DNA from: Myxococcota bacterium
GTDB lineage: Bacteria > Myxococcota > XYA12-FULL-58-9 > JABJBS01
NCBI GenBank assembly: GCA_036339465.1
Contig: JAYZAY010000043.1
Span: 2,833-66,832, forward strand
Direction: 5' to 3'
DNA length: 64,000 bases
In this document: in pieces, positions 29,929-40,252 of the stretch
Position numbering within the stretch: position 1 is the stretch's first letter
How the letters are laid out: each line of letters begins with the position of its first letter
Position numbers and translations under genes: made by a program
The notes under the pieces: generated by a model
Databases searched by the model: none
Told to the model about the DNA's origin: nothing
What the model saw: the letters and a program-made list of their open reading frames with translations, nothing else

Positions 29929-30294
29929 ATGTCAGTATCCGTCGACCCAGAGGTCATTGAAAGCCTGAAAATGCTGGCGTCTGAAGATGATCCGGATTTC
30001 TTGAAGCTTTTAATCGAAACCTATCTTGAGGACGCACAGGCGCTCTACCAACAACTCGTTGACGCATCTCAGTCGGGAGATTCAAACCTTGCCTGTCGAT
30101 TCGCCCATACCCTCAAATCCAGCAGTGCCAACATGGGCGCGATCCCCCTCGCCAACTATGCAGAATTGGTCGAGGAATCCTTGCGAACCGGTACCGATCT
30201 TCAAGCATTGGTCGATCCAATCCAAAAAATGGGCGAAGAACTCAAACTCGTGGTGAATTATCTAAGAAAAGAGCTCCATGGTACTGGTTTATAG
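29929..30294 (+). CDS. Stand-alone Hpt (histidine phosphotransfer) domain protein
   Basis: Hpt signature AHTLKSSSANMGA. SD gaggg before ATG 29929. The ORF track ATG at 29914 is a less likely start. Confidence 0.75.
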   Translation: MSVSVDPEVIESLKMLASEDDPDFLKLLIETYLEDAQALYQQLVDASQSGDSNLACRFAHTLKSSSANMGAIPLANYAELVEESLRTGTDLQALVDPIQKMGEELKLVVNYLRKELHGTGL

Positions 30295-30425
30295 AGCCAA
30301 TCAATTTTTCAGATAATCGTCATCTTTTAATCGAACTTACTTGACAGAAACGCGCCAAAATTTTAGCAACACGCTGCGCGAACCCGCCAATGTTACATCC
30401 CCTACCGGTCAAAAAGAGGTCCCTC

Positions 30426-32891
30426 ATGAATAAAACCAACCTTCTGCTCTGTTTTATACTCATCGGTTCTCAGGGAGCCTGTATTAAATGGTTTCCGGGT
30501 AAAGTAGGAAGTGGGGTGGCTCGTCTCACGGTCCGAGGCGTCGCTGCTATGTCAACCGTGGTGACCAACGACACCAAATGTGGATTTGATAGTGAAGAGG
30601 TCAAAAGCACCTATGTTCGTGAAGGCGAAGTCGGTGGCACCGGCAAAGTTATTTGGACCGTATCTAACTGTAGCATCGCGCTACCTGAGTGGGTTGAAAC
30701 CAAAACCGCATGCGACGGAGTCGTAACCCGAGCCCGTGGAAACCTGGTTATTTCCGCCCGACGCGTGGTGGAAGGGCGCCTTACGGGTAATCCAGACAAG
30801 CCCGTTGTTCCCACCGGACCAGACACCCTAAGGATAGAAATAACCGACGCCAAATTCGAAAATTTCGAAGTCGAAGACAGCTCAAGCGACAGTAAAATGA
30901 TTATGCTTGACGGGTCAATCAAGGCAGTCGCCATGCCACGTCTTGCTCGCAATATCGATGGAGTTTGCGCCATTGTAACCCCAAACGCACGCCTAGAGGA
31001 TATCCAATACAGCGATGCACTCGTACACGTATTTAGCGGCGGACGAGACTTCGACGTCGAAGTTCAGACCTCAAACATCTGGGCTCAAAATGGTAAGCAA
31101 GGAGACATCGAAAACAAATTAGGTGGAACCATCACCATCTGGGACAGTCAGCGCGACGTCCCCAACGATGGTGACCTACTCAATCCAGACTACGAAGGAG
31201 CGGAATTTTTTGATTCCTATAAGTGCACCGAAGAAATCGCCCTTCCAGAAAGTTTTGCCTGCGACTTGGAACCACGAATCGCCGATGCAGCTTCGAGCCT
31301 AACCATCCGCACCCTTGGTAATCTTATCAAATACACCAATGCCGACGAAGCTTGCGGCTTTGCCAGTCCGGAAGTGAAAGAACAATACGAAAAAGTTGGA
31401 ACAATTGGGTATGCGGATGGAACCGTTACTTGGTCGACTCAAAGGCCCTGCGAATTCAACTTCCCAGAAAAAACAGAAATTTTTGAAGACTGCTCCGGCA
31501 ACAAAACCTTCTTTAAAGGAGCTGTCACGCTTACCGGGAAAAAAGTGGTCGAGGGGATTCTAACCGGAGATCCTGAAACACCCGTAATTCCGAATTCTCA
31601 TCTACCCGCTCAGCTAAGTATCAGCGCATCCTTCAATGATTTCGAGCTTACGGTGAGCAATTCCGATAAGTCGCTTTACTATGAGTCGGGAAGTGTCTCT
31701 GGAACCCTCACCCCCCGCATGATGCTAGACAGCACAACAGGTGCTTGCAGCGTTAGTACGCCTAACGCTGGCTACTCGGAAGTCAAACTTCAAAATATCA
31801 AGGGCATCATCGATTCATCTGGCTCAAGGTTTGATATCAATATTGATAAAGCAAACCTCTACGCAGCCTCGGGGGAATACGAACCCAACTCAAACTTTCT
31901 AGACGGTACCGTAACTATCAACCGTGAAACATACCTCGTGCCCCAGAACCGAGATGACATGATTCTCGATCCAGACTACAACGTAGACATATTCAAAGCG
32001 GGTTACGACTGCCACGAAACAGCCGCCCTTCCCGAAAACAATGAAGAGTGTCAATTCGAAAACATGCTGGCCCAAAACGCTTCACGCCTCGTCATTAAGA
32101 CATTCGGCCTCATCACTAAAACCATCGACAATGATAAAGAATGTGGCTTTGGCAGCATCGACGGCCTCATCCCAGAGGGTCTCAGCAGGAATGAGCAAAA
32201 CCTCTACGACGTACAATGGGACATTAGCCGATGTGTTATCGGTGGAAGCTCCGAAGAGCTCGTTGCCACCGACTGCCATGGAAATGAGTTCTTTTTACAA
32301 GGAACTGCGGAGGTCACAGGAAGTAAGTTTGTGGAAGGAGAAGCTGCTCTGGTCTATCCACCCATTCAGCCAACTCAGCGGGAAGCAGCGATGTTTGATT
32401 TCCAAGAAATCGTGCTCAACAATTTCTCCGCCAAGGAATTCCGAAAAGACCAGGAAGACCCAGAGGCTCACCTCATTATTCACGCCGGAAAACTCGTGGG
32501 TTACTCCCACCCCGTAACCGGTGAGTCAGCATCAACCCCAGACCACTACTTCGTTAAGATTCCCGTTTCGGGATTCAGCGCCGTTCGTCTCGAAGATGCA
32601 GATGTCACCATGGTGAGTGGCAAGAAAAAATTCCGAATGCAAATCAACAGCACTCAACTTGATGCGTTCAACGGCACCCTAGGAGAAAAACACAATTCAC
32701 TCAGCGGAGAATTCACCCTTGGTGGCTCGGTGTTCAGCATCCCCGTGAATGAAAATCAGAAGCAGCTGAATCCCAACTTCGACCAAGATTATTTTGACGA
32801 TAGCTACAGGTGCCTGCCTGACCTCAAAGAGCCAGTCCCTACACCAGCTACACCAACTGACCCAGAAGCAACTTCAACCACGACCAATTGA
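30426..32891 (+). CDS. Large probable lipoprotein built from three tandem copies of a roughly 270-aa Cys-containing domain of unknown function
   Basis: Signal peptide with lipobox-like LIGSQGAC. Three repeats share T/K-(E)CGF-(D/A)S-EVK-..Y...G..G.....W......C.....PE...T.C.G......G.L.I.A..VVEG.LTG.P..PV.P. SD aagagg before ATG 30426. Confidence 0.7.
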   Translation: MNKTNLLLCFILIGSQGACIKWFPGKVGSGVARLTVRGVAAMSTVVTNDTKCGFDSEEVKSTYVREGEVGGTGKVIWTVSNCSIALPEWVETKTACDGVVTRARGNLVISARRVVEGRLTGNPDKPVVPTGPDTLRIEITDAKFENFEVEDSSSDSKMIMLDGSIKAVAMPRLARNIDGVCAIVTPNARLEDIQYSDALVHVFSGGRDFDVEVQTSNIWAQNGKQGDIENKLGGTITIWDSQRDVPNDGDLLNPDYEGAEFFDSYKCTEEIALPESFACDLEPRIADAASSLTIRTLGNLIKYTNADEACGFASPEVKEQYEKVGTIGYADGTVTWSTQRPCEFNFPEKTEIFEDCSGNKTFFKGAVTLTGKKVVEGILTGDPETPVIPNSHLPAQLSISASFNDFELTVSNSDKSLYYESGSVSGTLTPRMMLDSTTGACSVSTPNAGYSEVKLQNIKGIIDSSGSRFDINIDKANLYAASGEYEPNSNFLDGTVTINRETYLVPQNRDDMILDPDYNVDIFKAGYDCHETAALPENNEECQFENMLAQNASRLVIKTFGLITKTIDNDKECGFGSIDGLIPEGLSRNEQNLYDVQWDISRCVIGGSSEELVATDCHGNEFFLQGTAEVTGSKFVEGEAALVYPPIQPTQREAAMFDFQEIVLNNFSAKEFRKDQEDPEAHLIIHAGKLVGYSHPVTGESASTPDHYFVKIPVSGFSAVRLEDADVTMVSGKKKFRMQINSTQLDAFNGTLGEKHNSLSGEFTLGGSVFSIPVNENQKQLNPNFDQDYFDDSYRCLPDLKEPVPTPATPTDPEATSTTTN

Positions 32892-33007
32892 GTACCCAAT
32901 TAACAGGTGTCGGGTTATATCCGCCCTTTGTTCCCAAATTCCTTGCTCCGCACCTCCAAGAATAATCCTTCTTTCCCCAGACCCACCTCAATATCCAAAG
33001 GCTAAAC

Positions 33008-33535
33008 TCAAAGTTTCTTCAGTAACTCTTTACCCAGGGCTTGAATCTCAGGAGCATCCACTAAGACCAAAGTCGCTTCAATACGTGCCTTCAGGGCTGT
33101 GGTTCGCCCTAATGTACCTTCGACCCGTGCTTCTTCGATGGTTTGAAATACCTTGTAGAGTAAGTCCTCATCGTCGGACTCCAACAATTTGTTCAGCATG
33201 TCCACATGGCGGGGAAAACCATACGCCTCCTCGTATTGCTTCAACAACTTGCCGAGCTTCCGCGTCGAAAAGGTTTCCTTAATGTGCTCCTCCAAGGCCC
33301 GACGCTCCGCCGCCTGGGACGCAATTTCGGTGTTTCCTAGCTTTTCCTTCAAACTATCTGGGAGTTCCGCGCCACCATCAAAGAGCTTGTTCAACTGAGA
33401 TTTGTAACTTCGATACGCTTGAGATTTCTCCATGCGCCCCTGATCCCCACCTTCCTTCCTGCCACCGACCTTCTTCGATTCTCGCATCGTATCAATTTCC
33501 CTCCAACTACGGTCGTTACGGTCTCGATCAGACAT
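33008..33535 (-). CDS. Hypothetical coiled-coil protein (176 aa)
   Basis: An ORF with the plausible start MSDRDRNDRSW. The longer ORF-track version (to 33799) would overlap the cyclophilin gene. Confidence 0.45.
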   Translation of the reverse strand: MSDRDRNDRSWREIDTMRESKKVGGRKEGGDQGRMEKSQAYRSYKSQLNKLFDGGAELPDSLKEKLGNTEIASQAAERRALEEHIKETFSTRKLGKLLKQYEEAYGFPRHVDMLNKLLESDDEDLLYKVFQTIEEARVEGTLGRTTALKARIEATLVLVDAPEIQALGKELLKKL

Positions 33536-33617
33536 ATACTTTGCCCCAATAGTGCTTAAAGTCTTGAAATACCCCGACTTACTACGGTAGCGTGCCCGAA
33601 ACGTCAAATATCCACCA

Positions 33618-34211
33618 TTGAGGGAGTTAACCGTGGGATTATTTTCAGAGAGTTCCGGAACCGAGCCACCACATGTGGAAAAATTTCCCGAGAACGCAAA
33701 CGTATCCGCCACCTTCGAAACCAGCTTAGGAAGCTTCCAAGTCAAGCTTTTTGCTGCACAATGTCCCATAACCGTCGGCAATTTCGTGGGCCTGGCCACG
33801 GGTAAAACCCCTTGGGAGTCACCCGATGGTGAAAAGGTAGAAAAACCACTTTATGACGGCACTGTCTTTCATCGAGTGATTAAAGACTTTATGATTCAAG
33901 GTGGAGATCCCCTTGGAAACGGCACCGGTGGACCTGGCTATCGCTTCGCAGATGAGATCGTATCTGACCTGAGACACGACAAGCCTGGTATCCTGTCCAT
34001 GGCCAACGCCGGGCCCAATACCAATGGTTCGCAATTCTTCATCACAGAAATCCCCACTCCATGGCTCGATGGAAAACACACTGTTTTTGGTGAGGTCGTA
34101 GATGGCATGGAGATCGTGCTAAAAATAGCCGGCACCGAAGTAGACGGCCGAGACCGACCCACCACGGCGGTTACGCTTGAAAAAGTGTCCATTGAAACCG
34201 CAACAAACTAA
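33618..34211 (+). CDS. Peptidyl-prolyl cis-trans isomerase, cyclophilin type
   Basis: [42 protein letters not shown] and [18 protein letters not shown] motifs. Confidence 0.9.
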   Translation: MRELTVGLFSESSGTEPPHVEKFPENANVSATFETSLGSFQVKLFAAQCPITVGNFVGLATGKTPWESPDGEKVEKPLYDGTVFHRVIKDFMIQGGDPLGNGTGGPGYRFADEIVSDLRHDKPGILSMANAGPNTNGSQFFITEIPTPWLDGKHTVFGEVVDGMEIVLKIAGTEVDGRDRPTTAVTLEKVSIETATN

Positions 34212-34258
34212 AGCGTAGCCCCCCTCTTTCACTTAATTTAACTTGAAGGATAGGGCAC

Positions 34259-35911
34259 ATGCCTCTTTGGTTTTGCGCCATCGCCTGCACTCATTTATTT
34301 GCCTTGGAGCAAGGCCACACCCCATCTGGGATGGAGCTGCTCTTCGGTAACCGGCTACCTTTATCCGTAGAACATGAGCCTTCAATTCTCGTTGGATTGG
34401 CCGAGGGTCAGTCGAAGGTGCAATTGAAAGTTCATGGTTCTACCATTCTAGACTATTACGAAAAAGGTGAATTGAAACGGGAGATATTGACCACAGGAGA
34501 TAGACTACTCGTTACCATCGAGGAATCCCAACCGGCTCAATTACAACCCTATGTTCAAATAACGGCCCTACCGTGGTCCAAGAGAGATAAAATCATAGCG
34601 GAAAAAAAGCGATGGGAAAAAAGGGGCCTCAACAACCTTCAATTGCTCGAAACCGGTGTCACCCTTGGCTTCCGCGGCTACACCATGGATACCCGAACCA
34701 TTGCTCTGATTCACCCCACCAAGAATCAATCTGCAGCCACAAAATTAAGCCAAACGCTCCTTCTGAAACGTAATCACCACACAACACTGGGACAACGCCT
34801 ACTCAAACACCCCTTCGGCTATCTGAGGGTGCGCAAGAATGGGAAAGTCCACGCAACGGCGACAAGTTATGTGCGCCTCAGCCCGACCGTCACCAAGACG
34901 GCCGCCCTAAGCTTCATAGAGCCTGCCAATAAGAAAAAGTCGGCAAAAACCAGCACATTTCGAGGCACCGTCTACATTTCCGTGGATCGACGTGGAAAAC
35001 TCGCTACCGTAAACCAACTGAATTCCGAGGCCATCTTGCGAGGAGTCGTTCCTGCCGAACTCTTTTCTTCAGCCCCCCCAGAAGCCCTCAAGGCTCAAGC
35101 AATTGCAGCCAGAACGATTCTTTTGTCCCACCTAGGACACCGACACCACAGTGATCCCTATCACCTCTGCAACAAACAGCACTGCCAGGTCTATGGGGGC
35201 TTCTTGAGAGAGCAGGTCTCCACAAATCAAGCCATCGCGCAAACGCGCGGAACAGTACTCTTCCATGGAAAACATCTGGTGGACGCACTTTACTCGTCAA
35301 CCTGTGGTGGGCACACAGAAGACAACGAGTCGGTGTGGAATTCCCCTCCTCACCCCGCGCTCAGGGGTAGCCTCGATTTCCGACCCAATCCCGACCAAGA
35401 ATTATTCACACACCGCTTACATGAAGAAAAAGTGCTGAGGCAGTGGATCAAACAACCACCCCAAAACGCCTTCTGCTTGAATTCACCCTTTGCTCGGCCC
35501 GCGCTCTTTCGTTGGAAACGCGTTCTGTCCCAAGCGGATCTTAAGCAGCACCTAAACAAAAAGTATCCTGAACTCGGGACCATTGCTTCAATTCGCGTCA
35601 TCGAGCGCGGCCGGGCCGGCAAGGTCAAAAAACTCGAAATCATCGACATCAATCAAGTTCGCCAAAACATCAGCCGTGAACTTCCAATTCGCCGTGCCTT
35701 CGGTAATCTACCCTCCGGAACATTCGTGCTAGACCTCACCAGAAATGCGACAAACCAACTTCAATCCGTTCGTTTTTCCGGGGCAGGATGGGGGCATGGC
35801 GTGGGCATGTGCCAAATGGGAGCCATCGGCCGCGCCACCGCGGGACAATCATTCGAGCAAATCCTATCCCATTATTATCGCAATAGTAACCTCACCAAGC
35901 TCTACGACTAA
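34259..35911 (+). CDS. SpoIID/LytB domain-containing protein (cell-wall amidase enhancer family)
   Basis: SpoIID/LytB core: EAILRGVVPAEL...EALKAQAIAARTILLSHL...CNKQHCQVYGG...TRGTVLFHGKHLVDALYSSTCGGHTEDNESVW. Confidence 0.85.
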   Translation: MPLWFCAIACTHLFALEQGHTPSGMELLFGNRLPLSVEHEPSILVGLAEGQSKVQLKVHGSTILDYYEKGELKREILTTGDRLLVTIEESQPAQLQPYVQITALPWSKRDKIIAEKKRWEKRGLNNLQLLETGVTLGFRGYTMDTRTIALIHPTKNQSAATKLSQTLLLKRNHHTTLGQRLLKHPFGYLRVRKNGKVHATATSYVRLSPTVTKTAALSFIEPANKKKSAKTSTFRGTVYISVDRRGKLATVNQLNSEAILRGVVPAELFSSAPPEALKAQAIAARTILLSHLGHRHHSDPYHLCNKQHCQVYGGFLREQVSTNQAIAQTRGTVLFHGKHLVDALYSSTCGGHTEDNESVWNSPPHPALRGSLDFRPNPDQELFTHRLHEEKVLRQWIKQPPQNAFCLNSPFARPALFRWKRVLSQADLKQHLNKKYPELGTIASIRVIERGRAGKVKKLEIIDINQVRQNISRELPIRRAFGNLPSGTFVLDLTRNATNQLQSVRFSGAGWGHGVGMCQMGAIGRATAGQSFEQILSHYYRNSNLTKLYD

Positions 35912-35933
35912 TCCACAAATTCGGCCCCATCAA

Positions 35934-36962
35934 CTATTTCGGTTCAACTAGGCTAGACCAAGAAAGCCCAGAAAACTTGGTTCTTTGGCCTACTCCCATT
36001 AAGAACCGGGCGATAAAAGGAAGTCCGGAACCTATAACCACGGTCATATTGATAGGATAAAGAACGAGGGTAAAAGCAGCGGCCTCACTTTGTTCCACCC
36101 CCATCAGTAGAAGCCCTCCTATCAGCGCCCCTTGGAAAGTCCCTAGAAAGCCCGGACCCGCAGGCACCATAATTCCAATAACCACAATACTGGTCACGAT
36201 GGCTGCGGCCATCAGTGGTAAATCCCAACCAAAAGCTTCAAACAAGGCAAACAATGCCAGTGCATTTGAAAGCCAGTAGAACACGGTCATAACCAGAACA
36301 ACCGTCACGGTTTTCGCATTATCTAAACCTCGAAGCCCGTCCACAAATCCATACGTTAGCTCACCCAATTTGTTCGCTAAAACGGGCGACACTTTTCCAA
36401 ACGTCTGCTTGAGTAATCTTTGAAATAACGAAACCTTCCAATAGGCAAGAAGACAGGCGATCCCCACTCCCGCAAACAAAACAAAACTCGCCCAAGCCCC
36501 AAACAAGAGAGTGTCGGAAACAGCCACCGAATCAGGCAAAAGAAGAATGGCGAAAAAGAACAGAAAAACCACCGTTAAACCGTCCAAAACTCTTTCGACC
36601 ACCGCGATTCCCAGCCCAGTCGAAATGGTCGTTCCACCATACCTATTAAGCAAAATCGGACGTGAAAACTCCCCAAGTCGTAAAGGCAATACAACGATCA
36701 GAGCCGACCCAGCTAAGGCGATTTGGGTGTGCATCCACCAACCGATAGGAGCACATCGGTCACAAAGATATTTCCAACGAATAACTCGAGCCACCTGAAT
36801 CCCCACATAGCCAAGTGCACAGAGCCCCACATAGAAATAACTGACTTTCTCTAGATAGGTCCAAACCAAGGAAAAATCTACGTCTTTAAATGACACCCAT
36901 AAACAACCCACACTGATCAAGCAGACCACGAGAAGCTTCAATAGAGTCTTCAGATTCAGCAT
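35934..36962 (-). CDS. Lysylphosphatidylglycerol-synthase-TM-like / flippase-like domain membrane protein (UPF0104 family)
   Basis: 342-aa polytopic membrane protein whose N-terminal region is typical of the LPG_synthase_TM (YbhN-like) family. Confidence 0.65.
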   Translation of the reverse strand: MLNLKTLLKLLVVCLISVGCLWVSFKDVDFSLVWTYLEKVSYFYVGLCALGYVGIQVARVIRWKYLCDRCAPIGWWMHTQIALAGSALIVVLPLRLGEFSRPILLNRYGGTTISTGLGIAVVERVLDGLTVVFLFFFAILLLPDSVAVSDTLLFGAWASFVLFAGVGIACLLAYWKVSLFQRLLKQTFGKVSPVLANKLGELTYGFVDGLRGLDNAKTVTVVLVMTVFYWLSNALALFALFEAFGWDLPLMAAAIVTSIVVIGIMVPAGPGFLGTFQGALIGGLLLMGVEQSEAAAFTLVLYPINMTVVIGSGLPFIARFLMGVGQRTKFSGLSWSSLVEPK

Positions 36963-36979
36963 TTTGCAACCTTTCGAGC

Positions 36980-37720
36980 TTATTGAATACGCAAGCCGTG
37001 TAATTCATCAGCGGACTCATCATCGATGAGTTTTCGAGGATTAATACTAAATCCAGTGGTCACAAATTCCTCACCATATTTTTTTTGGAGGTGGCCTAGG
37101 CCCTTTTGAAGCCACGATTTTGCTTGCTTGAGCCGGTGAAGATCCGTGCCCAAAACATGCGACATACCCGATTTTACATAATGCCGAGCGTTTTTTTCCG
37201 CCACTCTCCCATAAACCCCCACAAAGCTTCCCAATTCAAGCTGAAACTTGATTCCCATTTCTACCAATCGTTCCGCTACTTTCCTATCGAGATATGTGTA
37301 TCTTTCAGGATGTGCTAAAAGCAACTTAAAGCCCTTCAGACTCAACCGAAAAAGGACGTCTTGGACATTGGGAATAGAATTCCAGGGCAATTCTACCAAC
37401 AACCATTTCCCCACGCCCCCAAGGGGCATGATTCGCCCACTTTCCACCCTTTCAAAAAGCGCGGGAGAAAGATGGTGCTCCGCATTAGAAAGAAGTTCAA
37501 TGGGGATCTCCGCTTCCCGTAGAGCCTTCTGAAGGCCTTCCAAACGAGTGGCGTGCTCATTAAAATCAATATCCCCACCGGGCCCCTCCCCATAGTGAGG
37601 CGAGCATGCAATCTGCCGAAATCCCACCTTGGCCATCTCCTGCGCCAATCCAAGTGACTCGGCCAAATCAGGGCAGCCATCATCCACACCTGGTAAAATA
37701 TGACAATGAATATCCAGCAT
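36980..37720 (-). CDS. CpsB/CapC (YwqE)-family PHP-domain protein-tyrosine phosphatase
   Basis: MLDIHCHILPGVDDG...SPHY...HPERY motifs. Confidence 0.8.
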   Translation of the reverse strand: MLDIHCHILPGVDDGCPDLAESLGLAQEMAKVGFRQIACSPHYGEGPGGDIDFNEHATRLEGLQKALREAEIPIELLSNAEHHLSPALFERVESGRIMPLGGVGKWLLVELPWNSIPNVQDVLFRLSLKGFKLLLAHPERYTYLDRKVAERLVEMGIKFQLELGSFVGVYGRVAEKNARHYVKSGMSHVLGTDLHRLKQAKSWLQKGLGHLQKKYGEEFVTTGFSINPRKLIDDESADELHGLRIQ

Positions 37721-37832
37721 CCCCCTGAGCTACAACAGAGCTCGTCAAAGAACAACTGGGGAGACCCAAAACCATGCATATCCCCCCAGTCACGACTTGA
37801 CCACTTCAACACATCACCGTACTTAACCGCCC

Positions 37833-39359
37833 ATGACCGATATAATTGACTTAGGGGCAAGGCCCCTTAATCTCGAAGATGTGGCTTTGGTTGCCGCCGG
37901 TAAACCAGTCAAACTCTCTGCTCTCGCCCGAGAAAAAGTTCTCGCTGCCAGGAAGCTCGTTGAACAGTGCACCACCAAGGAAGAACCTGTCTACGGTATC
38001 ACCACAGGTTTTGGTGGCTTGGCTGAGGTCAAGATAGCGCCAGACAAGGTCAAGACACTCCAAAAAAACCTTATTCTATCCCACGCTGCCGGCGTGGGTC
38101 GCCCGATGAGTCGGAGCGAAACTCGAGCCATGATGTTACTTCGGGCCCAAACCTTGGCTGAAGGCCACAGTGGCGTGCGACCAGAAGTGATCGAGCTCGT
38201 ACTGGAAATGCTGAACCGCGGTGTTCACCCCGTAGTACCCGAGAAAGGCTCCGTAGGAGCATCCGGGGATTTGGCTCCGCTGGCCCATTTGGCCCTGGGA
38301 ATGCTGGGGCAAGGTAGCGCAGAGTACGAAGGTCAAACCATTCCCGCCATGGAGGCTCTCTCCCGAGCCTCCTTAAAGCCCCTCGACCCCGAAGCGAAAG
38401 AAGGACTCTCTTTGGTCAATGGCACCCAAGGTATGGCCGCTCTTGGTTCTCTAGCCATATTGGCGGCGGAATCCCTCGCCCAGCTGGCCGACATCGCCGC
38501 AGCCCTCACCCTCGAAGGACTCTATGGAATTATGGAGCCATTCGATCCACGAATCCAAGGGGTTCGACCGCATCCTGGTCAACGGGATGTGGCTCAGAAT
38601 ATAAGAACACTGCTCCAAGGTAGCCCGCTCGAACATCAGCGCAATTCAACTCGCGTACAAGATCCCTACTCCCTTCGCTGCACGCCCCAAGTTCATGGCG
38701 CCAGCCGCGATACTTTCAAGTTCGCCCACGGGATTTTCCACCGAGAAATAAACAGCGCCACAGATAATCCCCTGGTTTTCGCCGAAGATGGGGATATTCT
38801 CTCGGGGGGAAACTTCCACGGTCAACCCTTGGCTCTGGCCCTAGATTTCGTCGCCATCGCAGTAGCTGAACTTGGCAACATCGCCGAACGCCGCGTCGAA
38901 CAACTGGTCAATCCCGCACTCTCTGGACTTCCCCCATTTCTCGTAGAGGAAGGCGGAACCAATTCGGGGTATATGATGGCCCAAGTAACCGCTGCTTCAT
39001 TGGTCAACGAAAATAAGGTCTACGCAACGCCCGCATCCATCGACTCAATCCCAGGGAGCGCAAGCCGAGAAGACCACGTCTCTATGGGCATGACTTCGGC
39101 CCGGAAACTCCGAGAGATCGTCGCGAATACACAAGCAATTCTCTCCGTCGAACTTCTTTGTGGCGCCCAGGCCATCGACCTACGAGGGCCCGAGTCACTG
39201 GGCAAAGGCACTGCTGAAGCCCATCGGGTCATCCGAGAAGCTGTTCCGATGTTAAAACAAGACCGTTTCCTAAGCCGAGACATCGAAGGAGTTCTGAGCT
39301 TAGTGCGACGCAACGTCATTCTCGAGGCAGTCAGTGGCGTTGTGGGAAAAATTCTCTAA
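37833..39359 (+). CDS. hutH: Histidine ammonia-lyase (MIO-dependent aromatic amino acid ammonia-lyase family)
   Basis: MIO-forming GSVGASGDLAPLAHLA, and overall HAL-like sequence with the N-terminal MTDIIDLG...L..V..VA. No hutU, hutI or hutG genes are nearby. Confidence 0.85.
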   Translation: MTDIIDLGARPLNLEDVALVAAGKPVKLSALAREKVLAARKLVEQCTTKEEPVYGITTGFGGLAEVKIAPDKVKTLQKNLILSHAAGVGRPMSRSETRAMMLLRAQTLAEGHSGVRPEVIELVLEMLNRGVHPVVPEKGSVGASGDLAPLAHLALGMLGQGSAEYEGQTIPAMEALSRASLKPLDPEAKEGLSLVNGTQGMAALGSLAILAAESLAQLADIAAALTLEGLYGIMEPFDPRIQGVRPHPGQRDVAQNIRTLLQGSPLEHQRNSTRVQDPYSLRCTPQVHGASRDTFKFAHGIFHREINSATDNPLVFAEDGDILSGGNFHGQPLALALDFVAIAVAELGNIAERRVEQLVNPALSGLPPFLVEEGGTNSGYMMAQVTAASLVNENKVYATPASIDSIPGSASREDHVSMGMTSARKLREIVANTQAILSVELLCGAQAIDLRGPESLGKGTAEAHRVIREAVPMLKQDRFLSRDIEGVLSLVRRNVILEAVSGVVGKIL

Positions 39360-39360
39360 A

Positions 39361-40092
39361 CTACTTTTTCTTGATACCCAAGGTTTTCTTAAGACGGTCA
39401 TGCATATTCACTGATTGCCCTTCCACTGCGCTGATCAGCGTATTGGCTTCACCTACCAAGTCCCCAAAATCCCCTAAAGCCAAGTCCTCAGATACGTCCG
39501 CTTGTCTCATGGTCGGATTGGCTGAGTGCAAATCCCCTTTGGGCTTATCCCGCATCTTGGCCAGGGCTTCTTTTCGCGTTTGGACCATTCTTTCCATTTC
39601 TTCAAATCTTGATTTTAGAGCCTCCAAAGAATTCTTCGGGTTTTGTGCCCAATCACCTTGCCTTTGTAAAAGCCCTTCTAGGGACGTTGACGCATCACCC
39701 TCCAACCCCATCATCTCGCCCGCACTCCTCAACTCCGTAGCGCCAGCACAACCCTCACCCTCCAAAGCAGGGAGCACGATGTTTCGCAAATCCGCCGCAC
39801 CTTCGGAACCCCTCAATGCCTTCATGGAATTGGTGGATTGATTGGTTTGCCCGACATTGGAGACATCTTTATTGAAATAATCGTTCTTGAATGCAGGCCC
39901 CCTGGCTCCCTTTTGTAATTTAGCATCGAGCTGTTTTTGAATCCTCGGATCCACCCCTAAACTACGGCCCACCTCCCTGGCTTGTTTCGCCTGGTGCTTG
40001 GCAGCTTTATCCGATTTTTTAACAGCCTTTTCGTCTTCCTCTTCATCCGGTAAAATAACCGTCTGCGGCTTATAAAGTAGATCTCTTCCCAT
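39361..40092 (-). CDS. Hypothetical coiled-coil protein (243 aa)
   Basis: An ORF with good coding composition. No recognisable motif. Confidence 0.45.
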   Translation of the reverse strand: MGRDLLYKPQTVILPDEEEDEKAVKKSDKAAKHQAKQAREVGRSLGVDPRIQKQLDAKLQKGARGPAFKNDYFNKDVSNVGQTNQSTNSMKALRGSEGAADLRNIVLPALEGEGCAGATELRSAGEMMGLEGDASTSLEGLLQRQGDWAQNPKNSLEALKSRFEEMERMVQTRKEALAKMRDKPKGDLHSANPTMRQADVSEDLALGDFGDLVGEANTLISAVEGQSVNMHDRLKKTLGIKKK

Positions 40093-40252
40093 ACCTTCAT
40101 ACTACTCTCGAATCACCCGTTCCTCAAGCGCGTCGGGCACTGGTATGGAGAGACAATCTACGGTAGCGCCTCAATCTGGAGGTTTTTACTCCAATCAGGC
40201 ATAGGGCCATCCAAAGGTTCATAGAAAATCAAGCCCAACAGCCCATGGGAGG

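Noticed and set aside
33536-33799. N-terminal 88-aa extension of the 33008 minus-strand ORF
   Set aside because: It would overlap the cyclophilin gene start by about 180 bp. The internal Met (MSDRDRN...) gives a non-overlapping gene.
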